A stretch of DNA of 64,000 nt from assembly GCA_038245295.1 (NCBI GenBank), contig JBBRSP010000014.1, positions 64,001 through 128,000 on the forward strand. Reading direction: 5' to 3'. Of this stretch, positions 47,181 through 59,935 are shown piece after piece (position 1 is the stretch's first letter; the number at the start of each line of letters is the position of its first letter). Origin of the DNA: Candidatus Binatia bacterium. GTDB taxonomy: Bacteria; Desulfobacterota; Binatia; HRBIN30. Made by a program: the position numbers and the translations under genes. The notes beneath the pieces are model-generated. The model had not been told where the DNA came from. It searched no databases and was given only the letters and a program-made list of their open reading frames with translations.

Positions 47181-47228
47181 AGGGCCAGATGGCCAGATGG
47201 CCAAATCGCCACATGAGCAAATGGCCAG
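47181..47228 (+). repeat. 8-bp tandem repeat (ATGGCCAG)x6, degenerate
   Basis: AGGGCCAG ATGGCCAG ATGGCCAA ATCGCCAC ATGAGCAA ATGGCCAG. Confidence 0.75.
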
Positions 47229-47276
47229 AGGCGCGTGATTGAATCAGTCTTGCGCCGCTCTTATAAGCGCGGCGCA

Positions 47277-47699
47277 ATGGCAACTTCATATACGGGACCG
47301 ATCCCCAAGCCGACGCCCGAGTCGAAGCCCTACTGGGACGCCGCCGCCCAGGGCAAGCTGCGCCTGCAGAAGTGCAACGACTGCGGCCAGTTCTACTTTT
47401 ACCCGCGCCCGCTGTGCGTGCATTGCCTGTCACGCAACGTCGAATGGCAGGATTGCAGCGGCCGCGGCACCTTGCACACCTTCGTCATCAATCAGCGAGC
47501 GCCGCGAGGTTTTCCAGCCGATGGCCCCTACATCATCGGCATCGTACAGCTCGACGAAGGGCCGCGTTTGATGACCAACATCGTCGGCATCGAGCCCGAC
47601 CCGAAGAAGTTGCGCTGCGACATGCCCGTCGAAGTGGTGTTCGAGCAGATTACCCCTGAGATCAGCCTTCCCAAGTTCAAGCCACGGGTGACGGCATGA
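47277..47699 (+). CDS. Zn-ribbon / OB-fold protein (DUF35 family)
   Basis: PYWDAA..GKLRLQKCNDC...YPRPLCVHC, GRGTLHTF, VQLDEGPRLMTNIV; coupled to the thiolase. Confidence 0.93.
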   Translation: MATSYTGPIPKPTPESKPYWDAAAQGKLRLQKCNDCGQFYFYPRPLCVHCLSRNVEWQDCSGRGTLHTFVINQRAPRGFPADGPYIIGIVQLDEGPRLMTNIVGIEPDPKKLRCDMPVEVVFEQITPEISLPKFKPRVTA

Positions 47700-48859
47700 G
47701 CGTCGACTACCGCAAGCAACGCGGCACCGTCGCCATCGTCGGCGCCGCCGAATCGGACGAGTTGGGCAAGCTTCCCCACAAATCGGCGCTCGCTCTCCAT
47801 ATGGAAGCGACGCACAATGCCCTGGCCGACGCGGGCCTGAAGAAGAGCGACATCGATGCCGTCTTCACCTCCGGTCGCAACATGGCCAACGAGCTCCCCG
47901 AATACCTCGGCATCCGGCCACGCTTCCTCGGTGGCACCCAGGTCGGCGGCTGTTCGTTCATTCTACATGTCGAACACGCCATGGCGGCGATCAACGCCGG
48001 TTTGTGTGAGGTTGCCCTCATCACCCACGGCGAAAGCGGCGCCTCGCGGATTGCCATGCCGTCGATGCGCTGGGGCGATGACTCGACGGCCAATCAATAT
48101 GAGCTCACCTACGGGCACGCCGGACCACCGACCGGCTACGGCATGGTGGCGACGCGCCACATGCACGAATACGGCACGACAAAAGAGCAGATGGCGGAGG
48201 TCGCCGTCGCGACGCGCCAATGGGCCGCCCTCAATCCGAAGGCCATGATGCGCGAGCCGATCACGATTGCCGACGTGCTGGGCTCGCGCCTGGTAGCCTG
48301 GCCGTTCAATCTGCTCGACTGCTGCCTGGTCACGGACGGTGGCGGCGCCATCATCGTCACCTCAGCCGAGCGCGCCAGAAGCCTGCCGAAAAAACCGGTG
48401 TACGTGCTCGGCACGGGCGAGTGCTCGTCCCATACGATGGTCAGCCAGATGCCCAACTACAATCGTTGGGATGCGGCGGTGGCCAGCGGCGAACGCGCCT
48501 TCAAGATGTCCGGCGTGAAACACTCCGAGATTCATGTCGCCGAGTTCTACGACGCCTTCACCATCGTACCGATTCTCGCCGCCGAAGCCCTCGGCTTCTG
48601 CAAACCGGGCGAAGGCGGGCCGTTCATGGCCGGCCAGCGTACGGCGCCCGGTGGCGCCTTCCCCATGAACACCAACGGCGGCGGTCTGTCCTATACCCAC
48701 ACCGGGATGTACGGGATCTTCATTCTGATTGAGCTGGTACGGCAGCTGCGCGGCGAATGCGGCCCGCGTCAGGTGGCGAATGCCACGACCGGCATCTGTC
48801 ACGGAACAGGCGGCACATGGAGCGCCGCGGCGACACTCATTGCATCAACGGAAGTATAG
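47696..48859 (+). CDS. Thiolase family protein (SCP-x / lipid-transfer type)
   Basis: [48 protein letters not shown]. Confidence 0.92.
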   Translation: MSVDYRKQRGTVAIVGAAESDELGKLPHKSALALHMEATHNALADAGLKKSDIDAVFTSGRNMANELPEYLGIRPRFLGGTQVGGCSFILHVEHAMAAINAGLCEVALITHGESGASRIAMPSMRWGDDSTANQYELTYGHAGPPTGYGMVATRHMHEYGTTKEQMAEVAVATRQWAALNPKAMMREPITIADVLGSRLVAWPFNLLDCCLVTDGGGAIIVTSAERARSLPKKPVYVLGTGECSSHTMVSQMPNYNRWDAAVASGERAFKMSGVKHSEIHVAEFYDAFTIVPILAAEALGFCKPGEGGPFMAGQRTAPGGAFPMNTNGGGLSYTHTGMYGIFILIELVRQLRGECGPRQVANATTGICHGTGGTWSAAATLIASTEV

Positions 48860-48890
48860 GTCCTATACGACCTATGGGACCTATTGGAGA
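48855..48890 (+). repeat. 9-bp tandem repeat (TATGGGACC-like)x4 filling the thiolase-mutase gap
   Basis: TATAGGTCC TATACGACC TATGGGACC TATTGGAGA. Confidence 0.75.
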
Positions 48891-48894
48891 AAAC

Positions 48895-51048
<2,154 letters not shown>

Positions 51049-51063
51049 GAGAGGTGGAGCGGG

Positions 51064-51206
51064 CTTCGAGACGCCGCTTCGGCTCTTTTTCCGTCGCGAG
51101 CGGCTCCTCAGCCCGAGCGGGTCTGGGGTCTCCAAGACACCCACACCCTACCGCTCGCCCTGAGGAGGCGCCCTTGCAGGGATCGGAATGGAGCGCCGTC
51201 TCGAAG
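51064..51206. repeat. Palindromic intergenic element of a third REP-like family
   Basis: Outer IR CTTCGAGACG / CGTCTCGAAG; inner IR CTCCTCAGCCCGAGCGG / CCGCTCGCCCTGAGGAG. Confidence 0.75.
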
Positions 51207-51242
51207 GGCGCGCGTTCCGCCTAACGAAGCGATTCTGTCCCT

Positions 51243-52247
51243 ATGCCGACTTCCGCATCATCCATTCAGACCCTGGCCCAAGGCTTGCGCAGCGGTAACC
51301 GCCGTTCGCTGGCCAAGGCGATCACGCTCGTCGAAAGCACCCGCGCCGATCATCAGGCCGACGCGCAGCGACTGCTCGAAGCCGTCCTACCGGCGACCGG
51401 CAAAGCGGTTCGCATCGGCATCAGCGGCGTGCCGGGTGTCGGCAAGAGCACGTTCATCGAAGCCTTCGGCCTGCACCTGATCGGACAGGGCAAACGTGTT
51501 GCGGTTCTCGCGGTTGATCCGTCGAGCGCCATCTCGGGCGGCAGCATTCTCGGTGACAAGACACGGATGGCGCAGCTCTCCGCCGCCCCCGAAGCCTTCA
51601 TCCGTCCCAGCCCATCGGCTGGCTCCCTTGGCGGCGTCGCACGCCGCACACGCGAAGCAATGCTGGTCTGTGAGGCGGGAGGTTACGACGTCATCCTCGT
51701 CGAGACCGTCGGGGTCGGGCAATCGGAGTTCACCGTCGCCTCGATGGTCGACTTCTTCCTCGTGCTCATGCTAGCCGGCGCCGGCGACGAGTTGCAAGGC
51801 ATCAAGAAAGGCATCCTCGAGCTCGTCGATGCTCTCGCCATCAACAAGGCCGACGGCGACAACCTCAAACGGGCCGAGCAAGCCGCCGCCGAATACCGCG
51901 GCGCCCTGCGGCTGTTCCGCCACAACACGGCGCTGTGGGACCCGCCGGTTGTGACCGTAAGCGGCTTGCATGCCAACGGTATGGAAAAGATCTGGACCAT
52001 CGTCCAGCAACACCACGACGCGTTGTGCCAAGCTGGAGCACTCGCCGAGAGACGCCGGCAACAACAACGCACTTGGATGTTCTCGATGATCGACGACGGA
52101 CTGCGCGGGCACTTCTTCGCGCGCCGCGATGTCGCCGCCGCCCTTGTGGAGATGGAAGATGCGGTCGCCCGCAACCGCATCACCCCGACCGAAGCAGCCA
52201 ACCGCGTCCTTGGCTTGCTCGACATTACGGCGCCCAGCGAGCGCTGA
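51243..52247 (+). CDS. meaB: Methylmalonyl-CoA mutase-associated GTPase
   Basis: LAKAITLVES, GVPGVGKST, AVDPSS..GGSILGDKTRM, ETVGVGQSE, NKAD. Confidence 0.96.
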   Translation: MPTSASSIQTLAQGLRSGNRRSLAKAITLVESTRADHQADAQRLLEAVLPATGKAVRIGISGVPGVGKSTFIEAFGLHLIGQGKRVAVLAVDPSSAISGGSILGDKTRMAQLSAAPEAFIRPSPSAGSLGGVARRTREAMLVCEAGGYDVILVETVGVGQSEFTVASMVDFFLVLMLAGAGDELQGIKKGILELVDALAINKADGDNLKRAEQAAAEYRGALRLFRHNTALWDPPVVTVSGLHANGMEKIWTIVQQHHDALCQAGALAERRRQQQRTWMFSMIDDGLRGHFFARRDVAAALVEMEDAVARNRITPTEAANRVLGLLDITAPSER

Positions 52248-52366
52248 AGAGAGATCCAAACATCATTCAAACTGCACTGAGCGAGTGTGGAACCGCAGGG
52301 CATTCAAACGCGGGGCCTCGGCGCGCTCTGCCCTCTGCGGTGAGGTCCTTGTCACATTGGAACTAA

Positions 52367-53983
52367 CTACCTCGGCGACGGCATGGTCAAATCGAGCGGC
52401 GCGATCCAATAGATCTCGCCGACCGTATCGCTGCTGAGGAACAGTCGACCATCCGGCGCGAACGCCACGTTGGCTGGGCGGCCGTGCGACAGCGACCCAT
52501 CGTCCCAGCCGGTGGCGAAATCCAACATTGAACCCATTGAGCTGCCGCTGAGGTCGGAGCCTGGAAGCACTTCTCCGCTCACCGGGTCGACAGCCATCGC
52601 CACCACACGTGCTCCCTGCCACGTACCGTAGGCACCATGCTGCGGCACGAAGACGCGGTTGCGCCACGGCTCGGGCCACTTCCCCGGCTCGAAGTCGAGA
52701 TCGAAGGGTGTGTTCCCGATGTAGAATGCGCCCGGCTCTTCGACCACATTGGTACAATCGGGCTTCGGGATCAGATCCGGGTAGGGCTTGTTCGCCGTGG
52801 CGCAACACGGGAAGCCCCAATCGCCGCCCTGGCGAATCGGCACAAGTTTCTCGCGTCCGCCGACGCCGGCGGTGTAGTCGCGCGCCAACTCGATGGCGTA
52901 ACACAGGTTGTGGCCGCGCGAGCAACGGATGGAGATGGGATTGCGGAAACCTTTCGCGACCGGAAGCCCGCCAGCCGAGCCGTCGAGAGCAAAGATACCA
53001 CCATGGAAGGGGCGATCCGGGGTGCAGCGCTCCTCCTGATCACCGCCGTTGGCGACGAAGATCGTTCCGTCGTCGGCAATATCCATCGCCTTCGGCCAAT
53101 GCAGCGACGAGAAGTACAAATCAATTTTCGCGACTTGCTCACTCGGGCCGGACGGCAGTCGGTCTCCCGACGTGTAGGGGACACGCATCACGTTGACGCG
53201 ATCCTGGTAGTAGAAGAAGCCGTCGGTAAACAGCATACCCTGTGTCGACGGCAGGCTGCTCAGGAAGGTCTTCACAGCATCGCCGTTGCCATCACGGTCG
53301 TCGTCCGGAATGATCACCAACGCCGCACGACCGCCGGGTCCACCACCGGTGCTGCCCGTTGTCGGAGAGGCAACGAAGAGATCGCCGTTCGGGGCAAATC
53401 GCAATTGCCGAGGATTGCCCAGTTTCGAATAGAAGTGGGCGCAAAAGCCGTTCGGCATGTTCATGAACGTCAGATCGCGCACGCCGGTCGGGCCGCCGGG
53501 AACAACAACCACGCCGGCCTCGGTGTTCTGCACGGAGCCCGGCAGATCGCAGAAACGCCACGCCACAGCGACCGTTGGCGTACTCGTGGCAGGCTCCGTC
53601 GGCGTCGGCGTCGCCGTCGGCGATAGGCTCGGCACCAGCGTGTTCGTAAACGAGGGAGTTGCACTCGGAATCGCCGTTGCCGTAGGGCTTGGAACGGCCG
53701 TCGTCGGTTCCGGTGTGGGGCTGGGCTCAGTGGACAGCGCGGAATTGACAGCGGCAATGATCTCGTCGACCGTGACCAGCCCGTCGCCATCGGAGTCACC
53801 GGCCGGACACACCACCAGGGGCGCGTTGTCGAGAGCGATGTTGACCATCGTGACCAGATCGCTGATCGTCACACTGCCATCACCATCACAGTCGCCGGCC
53901 AGTGGCGCGGCAGCGGCCGAGCCAAATGCGACCCCCATGAGGGCGACAGCCAAGAGTACGATGTTACGCAAACTAGACCGCAT
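52367..53983 (-). CDS. Secreted glucose/sorbosone dehydrogenase-like beta-propeller with N-terminal dockerin-like module and Pro/Thr linker
   Basis: Signal peptide; GDCDGDGSVTISDL..GDSDGDGLVTVDE; NPRQLRFAPNGDLFV, AKGFRNP, GRPANVAFAPDGRLFLS. Confidence 0.8.
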   Translation of the reverse strand: MRSSLRNIVLLAVALMGVAFGSAAAAPLAGDCDGDGSVTISDLVTMVNIALDNAPLVVCPAGDSDGDGLVTVDEIIAAVNSALSTEPSPTPEPTTAVPSPTATAIPSATPSFTNTLVPSLSPTATPTPTEPATSTPTVAVAWRFCDLPGSVQNTEAGVVVVPGGPTGVRDLTFMNMPNGFCAHFYSKLGNPRQLRFAPNGDLFVASPTTGSTGGGPGGRAALVIIPDDDRDGNGDAVKTFLSSLPSTQGMLFTDGFFYYQDRVNVMRVPYTSGDRLPSGPSEQVAKIDLYFSSLHWPKAMDIADDGTIFVANGGDQEERCTPDRPFHGGIFALDGSAGGLPVAKGFRNPISIRCSRGHNLCYAIELARDYTAGVGGREKLVPIRQGGDWGFPCCATANKPYPDLIPKPDCTNVVEEPGAFYIGNTPFDLDFEPGKWPEPWRNRVFVPQHGAYGTWQGARVVAMAVDPVSGEVLPGSDLSGSSMGSMLDFATGWDDGSLSHGRPANVAFAPDGRLFLSSDTVGEIYWIAPLDLTMPSPR

Positions 53984-54185
53984 TCCGATGGAGGCGCAGG
54001 CGTGAAACCTCGCCGGCCGGCAACAACATACGCCGAGCGTCGATCGAATATCTTGGGCTGTCATCGGAAGAGTCATACAAACACCTGCCACCTGGTCGCA
54101 ACTTCGCTCGGCGCAAACTATCAATGCGTCATCGGGCTCGCAATTCGCCCTACCCGCCCGCAGCGCGTTTGGCTATCGAGTCGCG

Positions 54186-55799
54186 GTGAATCCGCTGCCG
54201 CCGTGGACTTGGAACATCCCCGAGCATTTCAACATTGCCGTGGCGTGCACCGATGCCCACGTCGAGACGCAAGGTGATCGCCAGGCGGTCATCGTTCACG
54301 ACGCGGTGCACGGCAGCCAATCTCTCACCTACGCACAACTGAGCTCCGCAACCGATCGCGTGGGGCAATTGCTGCGCAATCTCGGAATTGCCGCTGGCGA
54401 CCGGGTTTTGATTCGCCTGCCCAACTGCCTTGAGTATCCACTGATCTTCCTTGGTGCGATGAAGTGCGCCGCGGTGCCGGTGCCGACCTCGATCCTGCTG
54501 ACTGCCGACGAAGTGGTCTATCTGGCCGGAGACTCCGGCGCGGCGGCACTGGTGACCAACCGCGCCACGTGGAACGAGCTACACGAAACATTCGAAGGCA
54601 TTGCGTCGCTGCGCTGCGTGATTCTTGTCGACGAAGGTAGCGTGGCGGCGCCGACTCGGCTGCGTCTGGTGAACCTTTCGACGGCCGTTGCGGCGATCCA
54701 GATCTGCGAGGCACCCGCCGTTACACGCGCCGATGATCCTGCCTACCTCGTCTACACCTCGGGAACGACGGGCTACGCCAAGGGCGTGCTGCACGCACAT
54801 CGGGTCCTTCTCGGCAAACAACCTTCGTCGGAATACTGGTTCGACTTCCTTCCCGACGGTGAGCGTGTGTTGCATTCAGGCAAGTACAATTGGACCTACG
54901 TCCTGGGCACCGGGATGATGGACCCGATGTACCGCGGCCACACGACAATTGTCTACGAAGGGCCGAACGACCCACACGTCTGGCCTGAACTGATTGCGCG
55001 TCACGGTGCGACGACGTTCATCGGTGTGCCCACTTTGTATCGCCAGATCCTGCAACGCACCGAGCTCGGGGCCAAGGACGTCCCTACCCTGCGACACTGC
55101 ATGTCGGCCGGCGAACATCTATCGGACGAATTGCTCGCCGGCTGGCGCGCGCGATTCGACATGAACATTTACGAGGGGCTCGGCATGACCGAGCTCTCCT
55201 ATTACCTTTGCGAGACCGCGTCGCGGCCGATCCGTCCCGGCTCCGCCGGCTTCGCGCAGCCCGGACACGACGTGCACCTCCTCAATCCCGAGACCTGGAA
55301 TGAAGTGGCCGTCAACGAGGAAGGCATGATGTGCATCCCTCGCACCGACCCGGCCCTGATGCTCGGTTACTGGAATCAGCCGGAGGAAACCGAGCGCTGC
55401 TTTCACGGCGAGTGGTTCCTCACGGGTGACTATGCACGGCGCGATGAAGACGGATACATCTGGTTTCTCGGCCGCAAGGACGATCTGATCAAGAGCTTTG
55501 GTTATCGCGTCTCACCGCATGAAGTCGACCGCGTCCTCAAGGAACACAGCGGCGTCGCCGATGCCGCGACCGTCGGCGAGATCATCGGCCCCGACAAGAT
55601 GATCGTCGTCTCCTACGTCGTGCCGCGCCCCGACGCGACGATCGCGCCGGATGATCTTGTCGCCTATGGCCGCAAGCACCTGGCAACCTACAAGGCTCCG
55701 AAGGTCGTCTATTTCGTCGATGACCTGCCGCGCACGCGTAACGGCAAAGTGCTGCGGCGGGCGCTCAGTCCACAACACGCGACACGCCACTCCGGTTGA
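54186..55799 (+). CDS. Acyl-CoA synthetase (medium-chain / aromatic acid-CoA ligase type)
   Basis: YTSGTTGYAKG, SAGE, YEGLGMTE, TGD, GRKDD.IKS.GYRVSP.EV, PRTRNGK. Confidence 0.93.
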   Translation: MNPLPPWTWNIPEHFNIAVACTDAHVETQGDRQAVIVHDAVHGSQSLTYAQLSSATDRVGQLLRNLGIAAGDRVLIRLPNCLEYPLIFLGAMKCAAVPVPTSILLTADEVVYLAGDSGAAALVTNRATWNELHETFEGIASLRCVILVDEGSVAAPTRLRLVNLSTAVAAIQICEAPAVTRADDPAYLVYTSGTTGYAKGVLHAHRVLLGKQPSSEYWFDFLPDGERVLHSGKYNWTYVLGTGMMDPMYRGHTTIVYEGPNDPHVWPELIARHGATTFIGVPTLYRQILQRTELGAKDVPTLRHCMSAGEHLSDELLAGWRARFDMNIYEGLGMTELSYYLCETASRPIRPGSAGFAQPGHDVHLLNPETWNEVAVNEEGMMCIPRTDPALMLGYWNQPEETERCFHGEWFLTGDYARRDEDGYIWFLGRKDDLIKSFGYRVSPHEVDRVLKEHSGVADAATVGEIIGPDKMIVVSYVVPRPDATIAPDDLVAYGRKHLATYKAPKVVYFVDDLPRTRNGKVLRRALSPQHATRHSG

Positions 55800-55997
55800 A
55801 CCGGCAGCGCTCGATGCACGTCGCCTCGAGCCGGCGTTTGGTACCCCCTGAGCCCAAACGCACGGCGGCGACCGCTAGAGCCGGTCGCCGCCGCTGCTGG
55901 GCGTCCATGCTTCATGGACGCAAGAGCTGAAGGACGCTTCCTAGTTACAGATCCGGTTCACGCACACACCACGACTGTCGCGGTCGGGATTGACCAA

Positions 55998-57980
55998 TCA
56001 ATTGCCGCCGCCGGCGATCGTACACGCGCCGGCGCCGTCGCAGGCACAGTTATTCGGGCTCGCGCAACCGTCCATCAGTGGCGGGCCCATCGGCGGCGTG
56101 GCGATACATTGCTGCGTCGCCGTCGTGTCGGAGCCAACCAGTGTGCTGACCGGGGCGCACACACCATTGGTCGCTCCGGTGAGCGCCGTGTTGCAGGCGT
56201 AGCAAAGGTCGTCACAGACGGTATTGCAGCAGTAGCCGTCAATGCAGTGCCCGGTGAAGCACTGTGCATCGGTGGTGCAGGCTTCGGGCGGCGGCGGCGG
56301 CGGGTTGGCGAACGAAACCGACGACGGGATGCACATCTCCTTGGGGAAGCGAATGTACAGTTGGCCCTTGCCGAAGTCGTTGCTGGTAAACATCCGGCCC
56401 GGCGAGGCGAACGAGCCGTCGCGGGTCAGGCGGTAACACAACAGGTGCCCAATGTGAGTTATCGCGTCGGGGTTGTTGCCACTGATGTCCGTGGGCATGC
56501 ACAGACGCAGCGGCTTGAGCAGGGTCACAGGCGCGGTGCGGAATTGATCGGTGGTGACGTTGAAGGTGCGTGGCGTGTACGCGGGCTGCCCTTTCGCCTT
56601 CTGGACGCGGTAGCAGGTGAAGTCGTCGAGCGTGATCGGCGTCGAGGGCAGTGAGTTCGGGCTCTTTCCGGTTTGCAGCACGACGCGGAACGGCCAACGC
56701 ATCTTGAGTTGCAGGGTCTCGTATTGGTTGGTGACGGTAACGTTCTCCGGTAGAATTGCCGACATCGGTCGGCGCGATGGGCGCACGACGCGGTCGGTGT
56801 AACTTTCCATGTGCTCGGTTCGCAGCGGGATCAACGGCTGACCATTATTGATACTGGTTGGCGTGCAAAGATCCTGCGGGCCTTTGATCTTCACGTCGGG
56901 GGCGATGCTGTTGTTGAACACATCGGCCACCGTTTTAGCGCCGGCGTTCGGATGGGCAATCGTCACGCCAGAGCGGTAACACTGGATGCCGCAGTTTTGC
57001 TTAAAGAGGTCGGTTGGGCATTGCGGGCCGCTGCCGGTGCAGTACTCTTCGATGTCGCAGACGTTGGTTTCGGGACGACACAATGTCGAGCTATCGAGGT
57101 AGAGATCAGTGGGGCAATCGAGGCTTGCGCCGTCGCAGTATTCGACGACATCGCACTTGCCCTGCAGCAATCGGCAAAGCGCCGTCGTCGGTTTCACGGC
57201 GTCGCTCGGACAGGCATCGTTGACGCCGTCGCAGTTTTCGACGACGTCACAAACGCCGGCCGACCCGCGGCAGACGGTTGTTGTCGGGCTCTTCGAATCC
57301 GCAGGACAGGTGGCGGAAACACCATCGCAGTGCTCGGCGGGATCGCAGACGCCCGCGGTAGTGCGACACTCGGTTGTCGTTGGCTCACGCATGTCTGCCG
57401 GGCAGGCCGTGGACGAACCGTCGCAGATCTCATCCGGATCACAGATTCCGGCCGAGGCGCGACATGTCGTCTCAACCGGCATGACGGCATCGGTTGGGCA
57501 CGCGTCACTTGAACCGTCGCAGTTCTCAACTTCGTCACAAAGGCCGGCTGCCGGACGGCAGACTGTGGTTGTCGGATTCTTGGCATCCGCCGAGCAGGCG
57601 CCGACGCCGTCGCAATTGTCCGCAGTGTCGCACACATCGACAGCGGCGCGACAAAGGGTCGTTGTCGGAGCAAAATTGGTGACGCACGTCCCCGCACCGT
57701 CGCAGTGATCGGCCGGGTCGCAAGCCCCGTTGGCTGGGCTGCAGATCGTACTCGTTGATTCGTATTGACAGAATTGATCGCAGCAATCGCCGTTGGCAGT
57801 GCCACCGTCATCGCATTGCTCACCCATGTCGACGTTGCCGTCACCACAAGTGGGAGGAAGAATGGCGGCCGCGAGGTGGGCGTTGAACGCCACCGCCGCA
57901 ACGGCCATCAATGCCAACTTGCCGAATTGTTTAAAGGGGCTCCGAGGCCCCCCCATGGTTCCTACCCTGGATATCATCAT
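55998..57980 (-). CDS. Secreted Cys-rich protein (myxobacterial CGDG repeat plus about seven disintegrin-like repeats)
   Basis: CGDGNVDMGEQCDDG; repeated TTVCR..AGVCD..E.CDG....CP.D units; signal-like hydrophobic segment; start uncertain. Confidence 0.85.
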   Translation of the reverse strand: MMISRVGTMGGPRSPFKQFGKLALMAVAAVAFNAHLAAAILPPTCGDGNVDMGEQCDDGGTANGDCCDQFCQYESTSTICSPANGACDPADHCDGAGTCVTNFAPTTTLCRAAVDVCDTADNCDGVGACSADAKNPTTTVCRPAAGLCDEVENCDGSSDACPTDAVMPVETTCRASAGICDPDEICDGSSTACPADMREPTTTECRTTAGVCDPAEHCDGVSATCPADSKSPTTTVCRGSAGVCDVVENCDGVNDACPSDAVKPTTALCRLLQGKCDVVEYCDGASLDCPTDLYLDSSTLCRPETNVCDIEEYCTGSGPQCPTDLFKQNCGIQCYRSGVTIAHPNAGAKTVADVFNNSIAPDVKIKGPQDLCTPTSINNGQPLIPLRTEHMESYTDRVVRPSRRPMSAILPENVTVTNQYETLQLKMRWPFRVVLQTGKSPNSLPSTPITLDDFTCYRVQKAKGQPAYTPRTFNVTTDQFRTAPVTLLKPLRLCMPTDISGNNPDAITHIGHLLCYRLTRDGSFASPGRMFTSNDFGKGQLYIRFPKEMCIPSSVSFANPPPPPPEACTTDAQCFTGHCIDGYCCNTVCDDLCYACNTALTGATNGVCAPVSTLVGSDTTATQQCIATPPMGPPLMDGCASPNNCACDGAGACTIAGGGN

Positions 57981-58173
57981 TGTTGCTGTCCTCCACTGCG
58001 GCTGCGATTCGATCTCGGCCGCGGCAACAACGTTGCCGCGCATCGAGGGACGACCAATACCATGCGCAGGCCGCCCCTTGTCAACGTAAGACTACCCCAG
58101 GCTGGCGCGGGGTTCCCCTTGAGGACCCTTGAGAGGCGGCCCTGACCGATGCAGATCCAAAGGGTGGGCGACC

Positions 58174-59916
58174 TCAGTCGAGACGTTTCAGAAGCTCCTG
58201 GCGCTGGCTCTCCAACTCCTCGGGCAGCCGATCACCGAACTTGGCGAAGAACTCGCCGACGCTCGCCGCCTCGGCGCGCCACTCGTCGCCGTTGATGTCG
58301 AACAACTCGGCCATCGTGGCTTCATTGACGCTGAGGCCCTGCAGATCGAGCCCGCCCTTGGCCGGCAGGAGACCAATCGGCGAACGCGTCGCCTCGCCCT
58401 GCCCTTCGCAGCGATCAACGATCCAACGCAGGACGCGCATGTTTTCGCCGAAACCGGGCCAGATAAACTTGCCTTCGGCGTTCTGGCGGAACCAATTGAC
58501 GTGGAAGATCTTGGGCGGGTTCTTCAGCTTGGCGCCGACATCAAGCCAGTGGCTGAAGTAGTCGCCCATGTTGTATCCGCAGAACGGTAGCATGGCCATT
58601 GGATCGCGTCGCACGACGCCGACGGCGCCGGTAGCGGCCGCCGTCGTCTCGGAGGCAACCGAGGCGCCCACATAGACGCCGTGCTTCCAATCAAAGGCCT
58701 CGTAGACCAGCGGTGCCGTGCGCGCCCGGCGCCCACCGAAGATGATAGCGGACAGCGGCACGCCCTCGGGCGCATTGAACTTCGGGGAGATCGACGGGCA
58801 CTGAATCGCCGGCGCCGTGAAGCGCGAGTTCGGATGCGCCGCCTTTTCCTTCGACCCCTTCCGCCACGGCTCGCCGCGCCAGTCGGTCAGCTTCTCCGGC
58901 ACCTCGCCGTCGAACCCTTCCCACCACGGGGTGTTATCCTCGGTAACCGCAACATTGGTGAAGATGCTGTTCTTGCGCAGCGACTCCATCGCATTGAAGT
59001 TGGTTTTCGAGGACGTGCCCGGCGCGACACCGAAGAATCCCGCTTCCGGATTGATGGCCCACAGGCGGCCGTCCGCGCCAGGTCGGATCCATGCAATGTC
59101 GTCACCGATCGTCCACGTCTTCCAACCCTTCTGCGACGCCGGCGGAATGAGCATGGCAAGATTGGTCTTGCCGCACGCGCTCGGAAACGCGGCAGCGATG
59201 TAGTGGACTTCTCCCTGCGGGCTTTCGAGCCCGAGAATCAACATGTGTTCCGCCAGCCAACCTTCTTCGTTGGCCTGCTTGCTGGCGATGCGCAGCGCAA
59301 AACACTTCTTGCCGAGCAGCGCGTTGCCGCCGTAACCGGAGCCGACGCTCCAAATCGCCTTCTCTTCCGGGAAGTGCAGGATGTAACGCCGCTCGGGGCT
59401 GAGATCACCGAGCGAATGGAGGCCTTTGACGAAGTCGTCGCTGTCGCCGAGCTGCTTGAGCGCCGCGTCGCCCATGCGAGTCATGATGCGCATGTTGGCG
59501 ACCACATAGGGGCTGTCGGTGATCTCGACGCCGACTTTGCTCGACGGTGAACCGATCGGACCCATGACGTAGGGAATCACGTACATCGTCCGGCCCAGCA
59601 TGGCGCCGGCAAACAGCGGCGTCACTTTGGCGCGCGCCTCGTCGGGAGCCATCCAATTGTTGCTGGGCCCGGCGTCGTCTTTGTTCTTCGAGCAGATGAA
59701 GGTCAGGTGTTCGGTGCGTGCCACGTCGCTGGGGTCGCTGCGATGCAGAAAGCAGTTGGGAAACTTTTCATGGTTCAGAGCTTGCAGAGTCCCGTCCGCC
59801 AGCATCTGCTCCACCAACTGATCATTTTCCCCCTGTGAGCCATCGCAGTAGTGAATCTTCGCGGGCTTCGTAAGCGCTGCAACCTCGTCCACCCAAGTCT
59901 TCAAAGCTTTATTCAC
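58174..59916 (-). CDS. pckG: Phosphoenolpyruvate carboxykinase (GTP)
   Basis: [66 protein letters not shown] start at 59916 assumed. Confidence 0.96.
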   Translation of the reverse strand: MNKALKTWVDEVAALTKPAKIHYCDGSQGENDQLVEQMLADGTLQALNHEKFPNCFLHRSDPSDVARTEHLTFICSKNKDDAGPSNNWMAPDEARAKVTPLFAGAMLGRTMYVIPYVMGPIGSPSSKVGVEITDSPYVVANMRIMTRMGDAALKQLGDSDDFVKGLHSLGDLSPERRYILHFPEEKAIWSVGSGYGGNALLGKKCFALRIASKQANEEGWLAEHMLILGLESPQGEVHYIAAAFPSACGKTNLAMLIPPASQKGWKTWTIGDDIAWIRPGADGRLWAINPEAGFFGVAPGTSSKTNFNAMESLRKNSIFTNVAVTEDNTPWWEGFDGEVPEKLTDWRGEPWRKGSKEKAAHPNSRFTAPAIQCPSISPKFNAPEGVPLSAIIFGGRRARTAPLVYEAFDWKHGVYVGASVASETTAAATGAVGVVRRDPMAMLPFCGYNMGDYFSHWLDVGAKLKNPPKIFHVNWFRQNAEGKFIWPGFGENMRVLRWIVDRCEGQGEATRSPIGLLPAKGGLDLQGLSVNEATMAELFDINGDEWRAEAASVGEFFAKFGDRLPEELESQRQELLKRLD

Positions 59917-59935
59917 AGCCGACCCCTTCGTGATC

